A DNA stretch of 63,397 nt, filler included, from Choristocarpus tenellus KU-1152 (GCA_964200185.2; 10 parts of 10 records of this genome joined end to end with filler, not necessarily neighbours in it), one strand, 5' to 3'; numbered from the whole stretch's first letter, positions 50,901 through 62,535 are shown. The notes: a model not told the origin generated them from the letters alone. Numbers and translations: made by a program.

Positions 50901-52601
50901 GATACAACAGCATACCTGGAGAATATTCCACTAGAATACCAAAATGATCTACTTATGTAAGATAGCAATACATCTAGGTATGACAGTATACTTGAACATA
51001 AAACATACTACGTAGTACAAATCTAACAAAAAATATAATACTATTAATACATACGGCAAACCACTATTGTACACACCAAGAAAAAAAAGAAAAAAAGAAG
51101 TGGAATCTTAATCGGACCTCATCTCCTCCTAACTACAATGAGATCTTCGAGGAACGAGAGGACAACAACAAACAGGGCTCAGACCCAGCTCTCAGTTACA
51201 TAGAGCCAGTGAAGAGTCCAAAAGACTCCATTTTGGTGTACTACTTCTTCTGTTCAGCACCAGTTCAAACAGAGTATGTAGCCTACCCCACAAACTGTTC
51301 TGAACTCGAGCTAAGCAGAGCAACTACGTAACGCACCAACATCCATGCCCAACATCTCGATAGATTGAAGCATCGGTCGCACCCAACACTTCTTAGCCAA
51401 CAAATGTTACACGAGGTCTGAGCCCAAAAGACTCGGGAGGGTGTTTGCCGAGGGCTCTGTTTGGACCACAAATGACATTAAAAGGTACAAGATGAACGCG
51501 CAAGTTCTTGAGGCGCGCCCCAAATTCTTCTGTACACTGCGTAAGCAAAAAGGTGTACCCTAAAACGACCCCAGAGTTTGCCCCGGTTCCCGAGAAATTC
51601 ACTGCATTCTTTGAAGTGGTATTCCCCCTTGGAGGAAGTCGGGCATGTGCGCCATTAGTGCACCATATAAAAACACTCTAACTTCAATATAACTACGAAA
51701 AAAAAAAAAAGCACCAACAAAACAAAACAAAAAGAAATCCGAGAGTGCATCGTCTACACAAAGACACACACACACACACACATAATACATACACATACAT
51801 AAATATTATGTGTATGTATCCTGGAGTATGTATCTTGCATATTTTAAAGAACAAAAAAAAAGGGTCCAAGACGAGAACGGGTTATTTCGGAGTTGAATAG
51901 GAGGGGGAGGGGGAGGGGGAGGAAAGCAGTCTTTCTCTCTGAGAAGAGCATCACTAAAACCACACTCATGAAAGGTTCCAAGTTTCTTCACCTGTGCGCC
52001 TCCGGGTTCACGGCAAGCTCATGAGACATCCCTTCTTCTTCTAGTACAAACCCAACCCCTTTCAAGAACTCCTCTCCTCCTCGAATACACCCAACCTTCA
52101 AAGGATCAGGTGCAAGGGCAAATTCGGACTAAATTAACAGTGGCGCAGAAACATGAGACAAGACAAGACTTGGGACCTCAACTTACAAATGCGCTTCCTC
52201 TTGAACCCACCTTGAATGCTCAAACACACTATTCTGCATCCACTCTGACAGACCGTTCCTTAACAGCTTGCAAAAGTGAACTTTCCTAGCATATATAGAG
52301 AAACAACCACTGTGTCTATAGTCAAGAATGAGAGCGTGGGAAAGTTCAAACAAAACGATGTCACCAATTGTCGTTCGTCTCTACAGGCAGAGGGAAGGAA
52401 GAGGGGCACGGAAACATCCCTACCTCAACATCAACTACTCACGCTTACCTTTTGCTGGAAGGCTTTATTGCCACATCGAATCTGTCGTGTCCGTTGCTCC
52501 CCCGGCTTGTGAATCACATTGTCCACATACTTTATGAGGGTCAACATGCACAAGCTAGAGTCTGCATCAAAGTGACTCGAGCACATCAAATCTAGAGCGC
52601 C
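47946..52601 (-). CDS. PUB-domain p97/CDC48 cofactor (UBXN6/PUX2-like), internal part; exons 52601-52449, 52095-51992, 50434-50236, 49725-49591, 48099-47946
   Basis: TLIKYVDNVIHKPGEQRTRQIRCGNKAFQQKVGCIRGGEEFLKGVGF is a PUB signature. Five exons are in phase. The UBX domain is expected downstream but is not in this contig. Confidence 0.88.
51140..51670 (-). ncRNA. Candidate structured intronic non-coding RNA, unidentified
   Basis: Dense set of hairpins with G-U pairs on the minus strand, an 11-bp long-range helix (51175-51185/51415-51425), and retained CpG. Confidence 0.4.
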
Positions 52602-52912
52602 CTGGCACAACCTGATCATGTCATGATGTACATACAAACATATTTTTTAACACACACACGTCACACACAGAAAAATAAAATAATATATATATATATATAT
52701 ATCGAACAGCACTAAAGAAGAGATCAGGCATAGGTAGACAAAAATAAATTGAATAATAAAAAGTATATTGTCAGGGAGTGTGGGGGTGTGGTGGTGGGGG
52801 TGTGGTGGTGGGNNNNNNNNNNNNNNNNNNNNNNNNNNNNNNNNNNNNNNNNNNNNTTAATTAATTAANNNNNNNNNNNNNNNNNNNNNNNNNNNNNNNN
52901 NNNNNNNNNNNN

Positions 52913-52932
52913 CCCCCAGATACTTTGGGTCC
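52913..52932 (+). mobile_element. MITE family C terminal fragment at gap
   Basis: CCCCCAGATACTTTGGGTCC. Confidence 0.55.
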
Positions 52933-54764
52933 AACACATATTGAGTGATGAGGTATTTAGTGACCAGGGATGAGTGAAGGTCTACCACTCCTCACCCTTC
53001 GATGGTGTTTCTCACTCCATCTTTCTACCTACTACAACATAACTGAGAAGGAATTAATCTACATATTTAATATCAACACTTAAGATCCTACACATTCTTT
53101 AACAAAGCAAAAATAGGAATATAGTCTTACTATTTTATAATTTTATATCATGATCGAAATTGTGTGTTAAATAAGAGTTGTATACAACAAGTAGGGGGGA
53201 AGGGGGGGTATATATATATGATTTATGGTACAAGTGTCCACAGGTTTTGGTCTCAATGACAGCATCATAAGTTAGATTTAGGATCTTGACACATAAACTA
53301 AATTCAAGTGACATTCTGAGTTAGGATTTTTGTACTGATCAGTCATTTAGACACGATGTACAGTAGTGTCATATTATGTACTATGAGGAAAAATCTTAGA
53401 ATTCTCTTTCACTTGAAAAACAATTTGCAGAGGTTGACACGAGTTAAAGGCTTGGTAAGCAAGCAGGAAGGTTTGTGGATGAGGTGACTACGCAAGGGCA
53501 GGGGGGAGAGGAGGGAGAGGCTACCGTAGGAAATGAGCTATCAAATCCCCTTACGACAGATAGTGTCCGTCACAACACAAGAGGCTCTATCAAGACGCGT
53601 CATGCGTTTTAAGATCGAGACACCAGGGAGATGGAAAAGGAGGGGCTTGTCAGAATCTTGCAATGCTTCCCTAGGACCTCTCGTGGTCACACATATCCCA
53701 AATTTCAAAGGGCATAATATATAAATATATATTATTTGTACCTATGAATTAAGAGAAGATAGTTATTATGTATCCTTCATCTGTCCTTCCTCATTTTGAA
53801 AAAAAAATCTTGGTCGTGATATAGAAGGAAAGAATAAAGTTGTACGGATCTTTTGTTGTGATATAGTAGGAAAGAACAGTTTTGTGCAATAGGTAGAAGA
53901 GAAAGGGGGGGTATGAACGATTGGTAGTGCAATGTCCACAAGATTTGTGTCTTCGTAAAACCGTTGTAAGTTAGGGTGGTGACACAGTCTCTATAAATCA
54001 GGTCATATTGTAAGTTATGGATATTTGTATTTTTATTTGTATCATAGTGGTCACTGAGACAGTATATACAATACCACATTTTGTACGATGAAGAAAAATC
54101 TTAATAATTGTATGTTTTAAAATCAATTTGGAGAGGTGATACGAAGGAAAAAGAGGAATAGAGTTCTACTATTACATATACACAACACAATAGAAAGGTA
54201 TGAAATCGGAGGGTGAAGGAGAATCAGTATAATTACACTATTTAACATTGTTGCATCCTTCACCTAACAATTTTTCACATATCAGTTCACCTAAACTCAA
54301 TCAAATGGTGTTATTTAAAGAGTCAAACAAATATTATATATACTATAGCAAATTATATGCTTCAAGAAGAAGGTATTGCTACAAACCTCAGAACGTCAAG
54401 ATGGAGTTAGTAGGTATACACCATAGAAATTGAGTTTTTTTTCTGGTAGACTTAATAATATGAATGTTCAAAATTATAATATAGTCGAAAAATATATATT
54501 TTCATCGATCACATGGTTGTTTAATCATAATTTCCACATAAAAACTTTTCAAACATTTATATGTGTACATATTGTAAAGGAGGTATTTTTGTTCTTGTTT
54601 TAAGAGTTTTAAGAACAGAACATATATATGAACAATACTTCATTTTAGTCTGGAATTCAGGATGAATCCATCTTATGAAAGTAGAAACAGTACAAGGACT
54701 ACACTTCCCTCATGAAATTAGAACGTGAGTGAGCTATTGCATTCTCTGGTTGATTAGTTCAGCT

Positions 54765-57700
54765 ATGGAGAAAGCTGTGTTGCTGTTGCTCTTTCTTGGT
54801 CATGGCGTGAAGGGTAAGACATTCAAGACACTTGTACCTAAGACAACTATTCTTCCTTCTGGCGAGCCGCACCACGCGTTCACTACAACATCCACCCACC
54901 CACAAGAACCAGTCGGATTGTCCTCTGACTTGGATACAAGACCTGTTGGCTTGCACACAAACAAGTTCTACTCCAACTTTTTGGTGAGTTGTGTCTCATA
55001 CAGGATACGCGATCTTGCTAAATTCCCACAACTTGGAGAAAATAAGATTCGGGTGATTAGAGAGGACCATGTATGTATCTTCTAGGACCACGTCTGGCTG
55101 GTGCATTCGGATGATTAGAGAGACATCTACATCACAATTGTCACCAATGCCCACAGAAGAGGACCGAGGAGCCAAATTATGCAGTGCATCAGTCTTCTGC
55201 AACTGGATACGCTACGAATTGCAATACATGTACACATGTTGACCCTCTCAAATAGTGCACGTTAGATGGATGACATTTCTTTTTGTGTCGAATTGTCCTC
55301 ACTTCGACAACCATTTCTCCTTACCCTGACTTCGACCGCTGCGATTGTGGTCTCTCTTTCTCCTCTGTATTTGTTCTCCTCTTTTCGGGAGGCAGATCGA
55401 TGGACCGGAACGCAATGCGTGGACCCTTCCTTACGTGGTCGGAGTCTCAGATGGCACCCCATATGGGCTGTTCGTGAGCCACCCCCGGTTCTTTGAGGGG
55501 GAAACGTCAGAAAGTTCTGGCCATCTAAAATGGTACGGCAATAGCATCATCAAGGACATAATGTTGACCTCATCGGAACTCATGTTGAACGAGCAGATAG
55601 TGGAGCTTGTTGCAGCTGATGAGGAAGGCTTCGGGGCTAGCATCAGTTTCTTTTCAAGTGATACCCCTGGCAGTATGATCTCTCACCTTGTGAGAGGAAT
55701 GGTGAGTTTCCAGATTTGGTATCAGACGTGAAGACTATCACGATTGTCGGTAACTGTAAGCTGTCATACTATTATCTACCATCTCTGGTCAACGACACTG
55801 CCCTCATCTTGGAATCCACTTCGATACCGCTGTACAATAGTGTTCAACAGCAATCCGTGCCCTGTTGCTGGCTTTGCCACCCTCTTCTCGGTTCGATTGA
55901 TTTTCACTTGTGAAGATCACCTTATAGTGGAGATTAGCTGAGAATGTTTCCATCGCACTACAGTTGAACAAACGGGTTCTCTTCAACACATTCCCTCGAC
56001 AGGCGTACGCGACAGTTGTCTACACCGACCACACCCCCATCATATCTTCCGTACACGCTGTTGTGTCAGTCAATGGGGAGGTGAGCTTTGGAAAACTGGG
56101 TATAGGAAATATCTTGAGGTAGATCTTGGGAGGAATGGCATGCTATGAGGAACAGAATCCTGTGTAGTGCTTCATTAAAGCGTACCTACCTTCCAGGGAC
56201 CCCACCCACAATTGATACAAATACCCTCAAGGGTGGGCTATTGCTTGCTATCGGTATTTTGATCTGACCCTCCATACTGAGTATTGTACCTGGACTGAGG
56301 TATGTATGTAGAGCTCAACAGTATGTCAAGCAAGCATATAGCATGCGTAAGGCAATGAAAAAGAAAAATGGGGTCAGTCATGCAAGATATTTGCTAAGTG
56401 TTGGTTGCCGCACTTGAGTAGGCACAGGACGTTTCGCTGAACCAGCAGTTACCTCGATGGACTGACCAAACTGAGTCTAGGGACTGTATACAATTTCTAA
56501 CAGTCCTGGACTGGCCCTATGACACCCTAATTCCCTTTGGCGAAGCCATGACCATGTTCACTTAAAATTTCTGACAGCCCGAAACTGACCTGTTCCCCAG
56601 ACCTATCCTGTTAAAAACATGTTGCTCTTAGACCAGCTTGGTCCAGATGAGTGGAGCCAGCCTGGTCAAAATACGTCGTGTTGGTCCTCAAATTGTTCCA
56701 AATAGTGTAGGAAAAGGTTTTTGGTATTTCTACCTTCAGCTGTGCAGTTTTCACCATTATTGAAAGTTTATGCATAAGACCAACATCTATACTGCATATG
56801 CTGTATTGTGACCATAGACCGGCCTGTTACAATCCATGGCTGCTCTGGACCAGTCTTGTGAAACCATATTTCAAGGGACAGCTTGTGGTCCTGTTTAGTT
56901 CAAGTCTTTGACGGCCCAGGACTAGCCATGCTGAAACATACAACACAGCAGATCCATGGCCAGTTCTTGTTGAAATCTCTGACAGCCCTGGACTGGTCCT
57001 TCTAAAGCACATGTCATTGGGCACTCCAATAAACCCTAACCCTATTATATCCCCTGATTGCTGGGAGGCACCACTTGCACAGTGCAGTGGTTTGTCAGCA
57101 AGAGCAAACAAACTTATCAATGGACACCGTAGATAAAACAAACCCTCTAATAGGTTCTGATGCTAAAACATCAAGTCAGCCTCCTCCTATGTGGCTCTTA
57201 GTGTTCTCAGCATATTATACTTGATATATATATAGCTTTTGAGACTGCTGCCAGTTCTCTCCCTTGCAATAGGCAGCCCTTCTTCACTTCCTTATTTTTC
57301 CTCACTTTACAACACAAGAAAAAAGGCAGCTACCGTTGATGGCACCCTGTGCTGCCACATGTGCTGTCATGCTACAGGCAATTCTGTCACCAAGTACCGT
57401 TGGCCTGTAGCCCGACCCCCCTAAATTTATCTGGGTCAGAGATCATACGCATACCAAAACCGATGCATGAATTTTCTTGCTACAGAGGAGTCCCTTAAGA
57501 TCATAATCAATTCCTCTTCTTACCCATTCCAATCAAAACAGAAGTAAACTCCTAAACATACTTAAATATGCAGTGCTCCATGTGACCAGCTATCAGAAAC
57601 GTATTGAATATATATTGCCAACATGAGAAGAGTTAATGTTATCCCCTCCCCTTCCAGTACATTTATTCTCTCCGCCTTGCTTTGATACATAAATGTTACA

Positions 57701-59862
57701 GGCAACCACAGAAGGAGCAACATTCACAGATCCGACAGGTCGCTTCCTCTTGATGCTCAATAGCGGCCAGCAGTGGCTTGTATACTCCAGTGACGATACT
57801 ATTGAGTTAACATTTGCTTCAGCGCAGCCCAATGAGTCAAATAGGTAAGAAAAATGACCTTGAGAGCAAATTTCCTGTCCCCCCATCAGGCGCATATGAA
57901 TTGTGTTGTGTTGTGCAATGTCACAGCATGAATGGGCACGGGTGTCCATCCCCCTGTTAACATATTCCTCAGGGTCAAAGTATCTGGGGGGGGAGGGGGG
58001 GAGGGGTCTAGCCCAGGGTGTTTATTCGGGTCCTGACCTGTTGTTGGAAAAACGGTCGATTTGAGTGTCTTTAATTGTGTAGAGTTGGTCCTGTTTTGAT
58101 GAAGTGTGGGATATCCTGCACTTCGGATGTGTCCTAAGTGCTTGGATTTGGATTTGGATGGACTGTATTATGATGTCAAGATCAAAATAAAATTGCAGTA
58201 TGGGAAAATGGACCGTAATGGACAGCCCTCCCCCCCCCCCCACCGAGTTACTTAGACTCTCATTGAACTCTCAACATGATTCTGACAACGCATCAACTGT
58301 TCCGGAAAACAACAATATTTTTTTAGTCTCTGGGTGTTTTGATTCTCATCCATGAGTGGAGTGACACACAAGCTGTATTGGGTGTCGTAAGCCAACAGAG
58401 AAAGGGTTGTGCAAGAAATACTTTACGACCAGGACTATAATGCTATGCTGAATGAAATTGAGTGTTGACTTTTTTATGAATGATATTGTAGTGTAATCAC
58501 ACCATATCAACATTTCGATGGGATGAAAGACTTCAGGTCACTCAATATCCATAGAGAGTCAAAGTAAACGAGAGCTATTCAGTGTTGCATTTTGAGGATG
58601 CTGACATATTATATGCGGAATTCAACTTTTTTTGCAAGTGTTTGTAGGATATTTTCTGAAGTGTGTCAGGAAGGCTGCAAACAACAGAGAAATAAACGCT
58701 CTCAAAAGTCATACTTAGAACTTCATCCATAGAATTATGGGTGAACTGCAAAAGATTGAAGTACAGAATGAAAATGCAAACTAGTCAAAACTTGTTTGAG
58801 TGAAAGTATCTTAGAGGGTACGAGTTTTTCCCTATTTGTCCATTTGGGGCTTGACTTCCCATGTTTTTTTTATGACGTTTTCCTACTCCAAAATGTTTCA
58901 GAGAAGGTAAAATGTATACGTTATGAAATGGTGTGTCTGGAACAAGGATATTGACACTTCCCAACGAACACAATAGCCAAAATTACATCAAAATCGCAAC
59001 ATTGAATTTTGGCCCCCAAGTGGACACGGCCCTACCCTCTAAAGATACTTTGACTGTGTACTTTGCCTTAGAGCTCTACACCGTACCAATCTCAGTATTA
59101 ACCCAATGATAGTGTAAGGGGATGCTTCGTACCTGAAGTGATAGAGATCACTACTGAAAAATAACTAGAAAACAACTTGAAAGTTTATGGTAACCTCAAA
59201 TGAGCCTGGCACGGTAAGGAAACACACACCATATTAAATTAGAGTCAAAAGTAAATGAGAGGTAACCAGAGTTATATTTCAAGGATGTCAACAATTATGT
59301 GCAAAATGCAACCTTTTTTTTACAAACAAGTGTAGGATCTTTCTGAATTTTGTCGAAAGGTTTCAAACAGTAATATATAGAAATCAACAGTCAGGTCTCA
59401 AACTTAACGCTCCTTTAATAGAAACAGAAGCGAAGTGTAAAATATCGAAAAACCAAAACCAAAAAAGCTGATAATGCAAAACGGTAAAAAACTGGGTACC
59501 TCTCATTTACTTTGGCTCTTAGTACTGGATGTACAGAGAGTAGTTATTGATTTGCTCATTTATGTTCCTAATGGTTCAAGCAGGTGGTAAGGCATCCAAC
59601 GCATCCTAACACGAAAGAAACACACAGAGAGGAAAGTGCACAATGGTATTCACACTTCAAATCTGCCTAGCTTATTGACTTTCACCCCTCATTCTAACCC
59701 TCACAACTTGTGCTGAGTAGGCTTGTTGCCAGCAATTCCATATCTTGCACGCTGCAAGTTTCCATCATACCTTACAGCGAGGACGATGATCTTTACGACT
59801 CTGCTGTGGATTTGCTGGACAGATCAAGGGGAGTTTACACAACAGGACTTAAACTTCTTAAG
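54765..59862 (+). CDS. Secreted glycoside hydrolase family 81 endo-1,3-beta-glucanase, 5' part; exons 54765-54983, 55396-55701, 56003-56080, 57702-57844, 59778-59862
   Basis: Signal peptide MEKAVLLLLFLGHGVKG; GH81 N-terminal motifs LHTNKFYSNFL, WTLPY, LVRGMAYATVVY...PIISS, LNSGQQWLVYSS, LLDRSRGVYTTG. Phases are consistent. The catalytic C-terminus lies beyond the gap. Confidence 0.9.
56425..57013. mobile_element. Old hAT-like TIR element (family E)
   Basis: Colinear with 42624-43209. Confidence 0.6.
57972..58259 (+). mobile_element. MITE family C, longer variant
   Basis: GGGTCAAAGTATCT-polyG ... ATGGACAGCC-polyC...TACTTAGACTC; TSD TCA/TCA. Confidence 0.8.
58556..59069 (+). mobile_element. 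MITE family B copy containing a nested family-A copy
   Basis: GAGTCAAAGTAAACGAGAG ... TACTTTGCCTT; TSD AGA/AGA. Confidence 0.75.
58798..59056 (+). mobile_element. MITE family A, nested full copy
   Basis: Both TIRs present. Confidence 0.92.
59242..59518 (+). mobile_element. MITE family B, full copy
   Basis: TIRs GAGTCAAAAGTAAATGAGAGGTAACCAG / CTGGGTACCTCTCATTTACTTTGGCTC; TSD TTA/TTA. Confidence 0.87.
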
Positions 59863-60376
59863 GTCAGCAAGCCGAATGGTGCATGAACAAAGTAAAGTAA
59901 TCACAAAGGGTGTATTTTCTCATGGAGACAGGGTGTTGAAGACGGTCGTTCCTGTTGGCATATGCCCCCTCGACCTTCAAAACCTACACAATACTTGAAA
60001 ATATATATTATACACTACCCTCTCAACAACCTCAACCACTTCTTTGAATCCTACAACACCGTAACACCTTAGATTAGTGTTGTGAGCGGAAAGAGTATAA
60101 AGTTGCAGTTAATCGGCTAGATTTTTTCAAATAACGGTGTTGACCAATCAGCTTGCGAGGCAAAGCGCGCGAAACGCTCGCTGACCGCCGAGTGGTGTGT
60201 AACGCCACGGGTCAAAAACTCCAAAGCCTTCGCGGGTCTCAGCAGGGCAAGTCTGAAGTCATGAATAGTGAAATGTGTAGTGAGTTGTGGGTGGTGACAC
60301 CTTGTGACCTATGTGTGGATTGTGACTTCTGACATGCTGAGTAGTCACACATCTGCTTGCATTGTGAGAATCCCCT

Positions 60377-60422
<46 letters not shown>

Positions 60423-60862
60423 TTCCCCCGCTGCTCCCCTCCTCCTCCCCCCTCCNNNNNNNNNNNNNNNNNNNNNNNNNNNNNNNNNNNNNNNNNNNNT
60501 TAATTAATTAANNNNNNNNNNNNNNNNNNNNNNNNNNNNNNNNNNNNNNNNNNNNATCAGAAATATATTCTGTTGCCCCCGATTGCTACCAAATCCAGAC
60601 CATCTTCTTGTTCCAAAGAAAAGAGAGAGAGAGAGAGAGAGAGAGGATCGTAGCCCCAAACAAAACGTATATTGCTTGACTTCAAGCAGCAATCACTTCC
60701 TGCACCTTCCGCAGGCTTTCTCCTTCACCAAAAAACACTAAACCCTATTACCCTTGCAATATATGTACAGTGTGCTCGCTAGACCAACAAAAAGCATTAC
60801 AGGGTCTACCATACAACCATCGCCTGCCTCCCAGCCTCTATGCAAAAACTACAGTAGCACCG

Positions 60863-61093
60863 CTAAGAAAAGTGTATACCCTTCTCATTGAAAGCAGAAA
60901 GCAATGCCAACAAGTCATCAATATCCATGTGAGCAGCTCGCTTCCCAGAAAACGCCTCCTGAGACAACACTTCTTCAACCAGTGCCTTGGCGTCTGCCTC
61001 GGAGGCCCGTGGCGCCTCAATCCCCGCCCCAGCATCCATTGCAGTACTGCCTTGTTGCATAGAACGATACATATTGAGATTGGTCGCCAGCAA
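60863..61093 (-). CDS. DIM1: 18S rRNA dimethyladenosine transferase, terminal exon
   Basis: VEEVLSQEAFSGKRAAHMDIDDLLALLSAFNEKGIHFS* is the characteristic DIM1/DIMT1 C-terminus; pyrimidine-rich CAG acceptor at 61094. Confidence 0.92.
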   Translation of the reverse strand: MLATNLNMYRSMQQGSTAMDAGAGIEAPRASEADAKALVEEVLSQEAFSGKRAAHMDIDDLLALLSAFNEKGIHFS

Positions 61094-61794
61094 CTGGAAC
61101 ACGCGACGGGAAAAGGTACAGCGGCGGGGGAAAAAAAAAAGGATGCGAACACACCATTTAGAGGTAACAAGTCTTACAGATATAGAATAAGATGAAATAA
61201 TCTATATATGATACAGGGGTGCAAAACAATTTAATTAAAAAAAAAAACCCAGTGAATTTGATAAGAGGATTCTTCAATTACACAATTACAATGTTTTACT
61301 AGCGTTCCCACGTTTAGGATATGTATAGTTAATATATATAGTTAATATGTATGACATTATATGTATAGTTTTCATTGGTTTTCCCCCTGACAAACATCTG
61401 CAAAATGTCAGAGGGCATGATAATAATAAAAATAAATTGAAGAATTTGTTAAACACAGTTGATAATACCAAGTTCAGCCTTAATATTATTTTATTTTTTT
61501 AAAGAATTTTATTTTCCTATCGTTTGTTATAGCAGTGCATTTAACCATGAATAGAAAAAAAGAGGATCAATAGAGGGGTACACACCACCAAAAAGAGGCA
61601 CACCAGCAGCAGGAACACAAAGAGGTGGGGGTGATGGACGATTGACAATTGACGCCTCAAATCATTAATCATCAACACCCATCACATTGAAAAGGGCTTA
61701 CTTACAGCCCTCAGAGGAGGGGCACCACGCACCTCGAGCATTTTCTGAAAAACAAACAGAACTTTCTCGTGTTTGTTTGTTGTAGAACTTTCTC

Positions 61795-61906
61795 TACATG
61801 TTGTAGGGATGTGTATTGTTGCTGGCTGTGTTTCCTCTATCGTCTGTCGAGCACGTGGGTGTAAAGTAAACACAGCCAGCAACAATACACATCCCTACAA
61901 CATGTA
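61795..61906. repeat. Perfect 39-bp inverted repeat with 34-nt loop
   Basis: 61795-61833 is the exact reverse complement of 61868-61906. Confidence 0.95.
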
Positions 61907-62017
61907 ATCTTACATGTAATCTTATCTCACATGTAATCTTATCTTACATGTAATCTTATCTCACATGTAATCTTATCTTACATGTCATCTTATCTTACAT
62001 GTAATCTTATCTTACAT
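61900..62017. repeat. ~17-bp tandem repeat ACATGTAATCTTATCTY
   Basis: About seven visible units. Confidence 0.9.
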
Positions 62018-62535
62018 CTGTTGTCAAAAAAACCACAAACTGGGGGTACAGCGTATACCCTCTGTTGTAAAACCCCCCCCACAAACAGGGGGTACAGCGT
62101 ATACCCTCTCTTGTCCGCCATGTGCATGTAGTACGCCTACAGACCTCTCACGTCGAGATGTGTGGTTTGGCGAATATAGTATTTCCGTGGTTGATTGACA
62201 TCCCAGAGGAGATCGGAGTTAGCTGCGACAGGGTATGTATGTATGTATGTATGTATGTATGTCACACACTACAATACACTGCAATAAAAGCACCGGCGAA
62301 GACAGCCCAGGAAGATCGGGGCACGCGCGCACACTCATCGATATTGGCTTTTCTCACCGGCTCTATTTCTCAAAAGGGGTTTATTATTATTATTACTACG
62401 AGTTGTTGTGTTCCTCTACCGATATAAAAGTATTTTTTGGATGGATTGAGTGTTGAACGAGACTATTTTTTATTATTTTTTTTATTATTTTTATTATTTT
62501 TCAACTTTTTCTTCTCTCTCTCTCTTTTCCTTCCA

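Noticed and set aside
51557-51566. ACCCTAAAAC as a telomerase RNA template
   Set aside because: Only 7 nt match the TTAGGG register, and it lies on the strand disfavoured by the G-U pairing pattern.
51631-51645. GAGGAAGTCGGGC and GGTCTGAG resembling RNase P CR-I
   Set aside because: No correctly ordered CR-V partner downstream on either strand.
3387-60555. Regularly recurring TTAATTAATTAA motif; apparent clustering of ciliary genes across the window
   Set aside because: Artificial linkers; genes on different contigs cannot be treated as neighbours.
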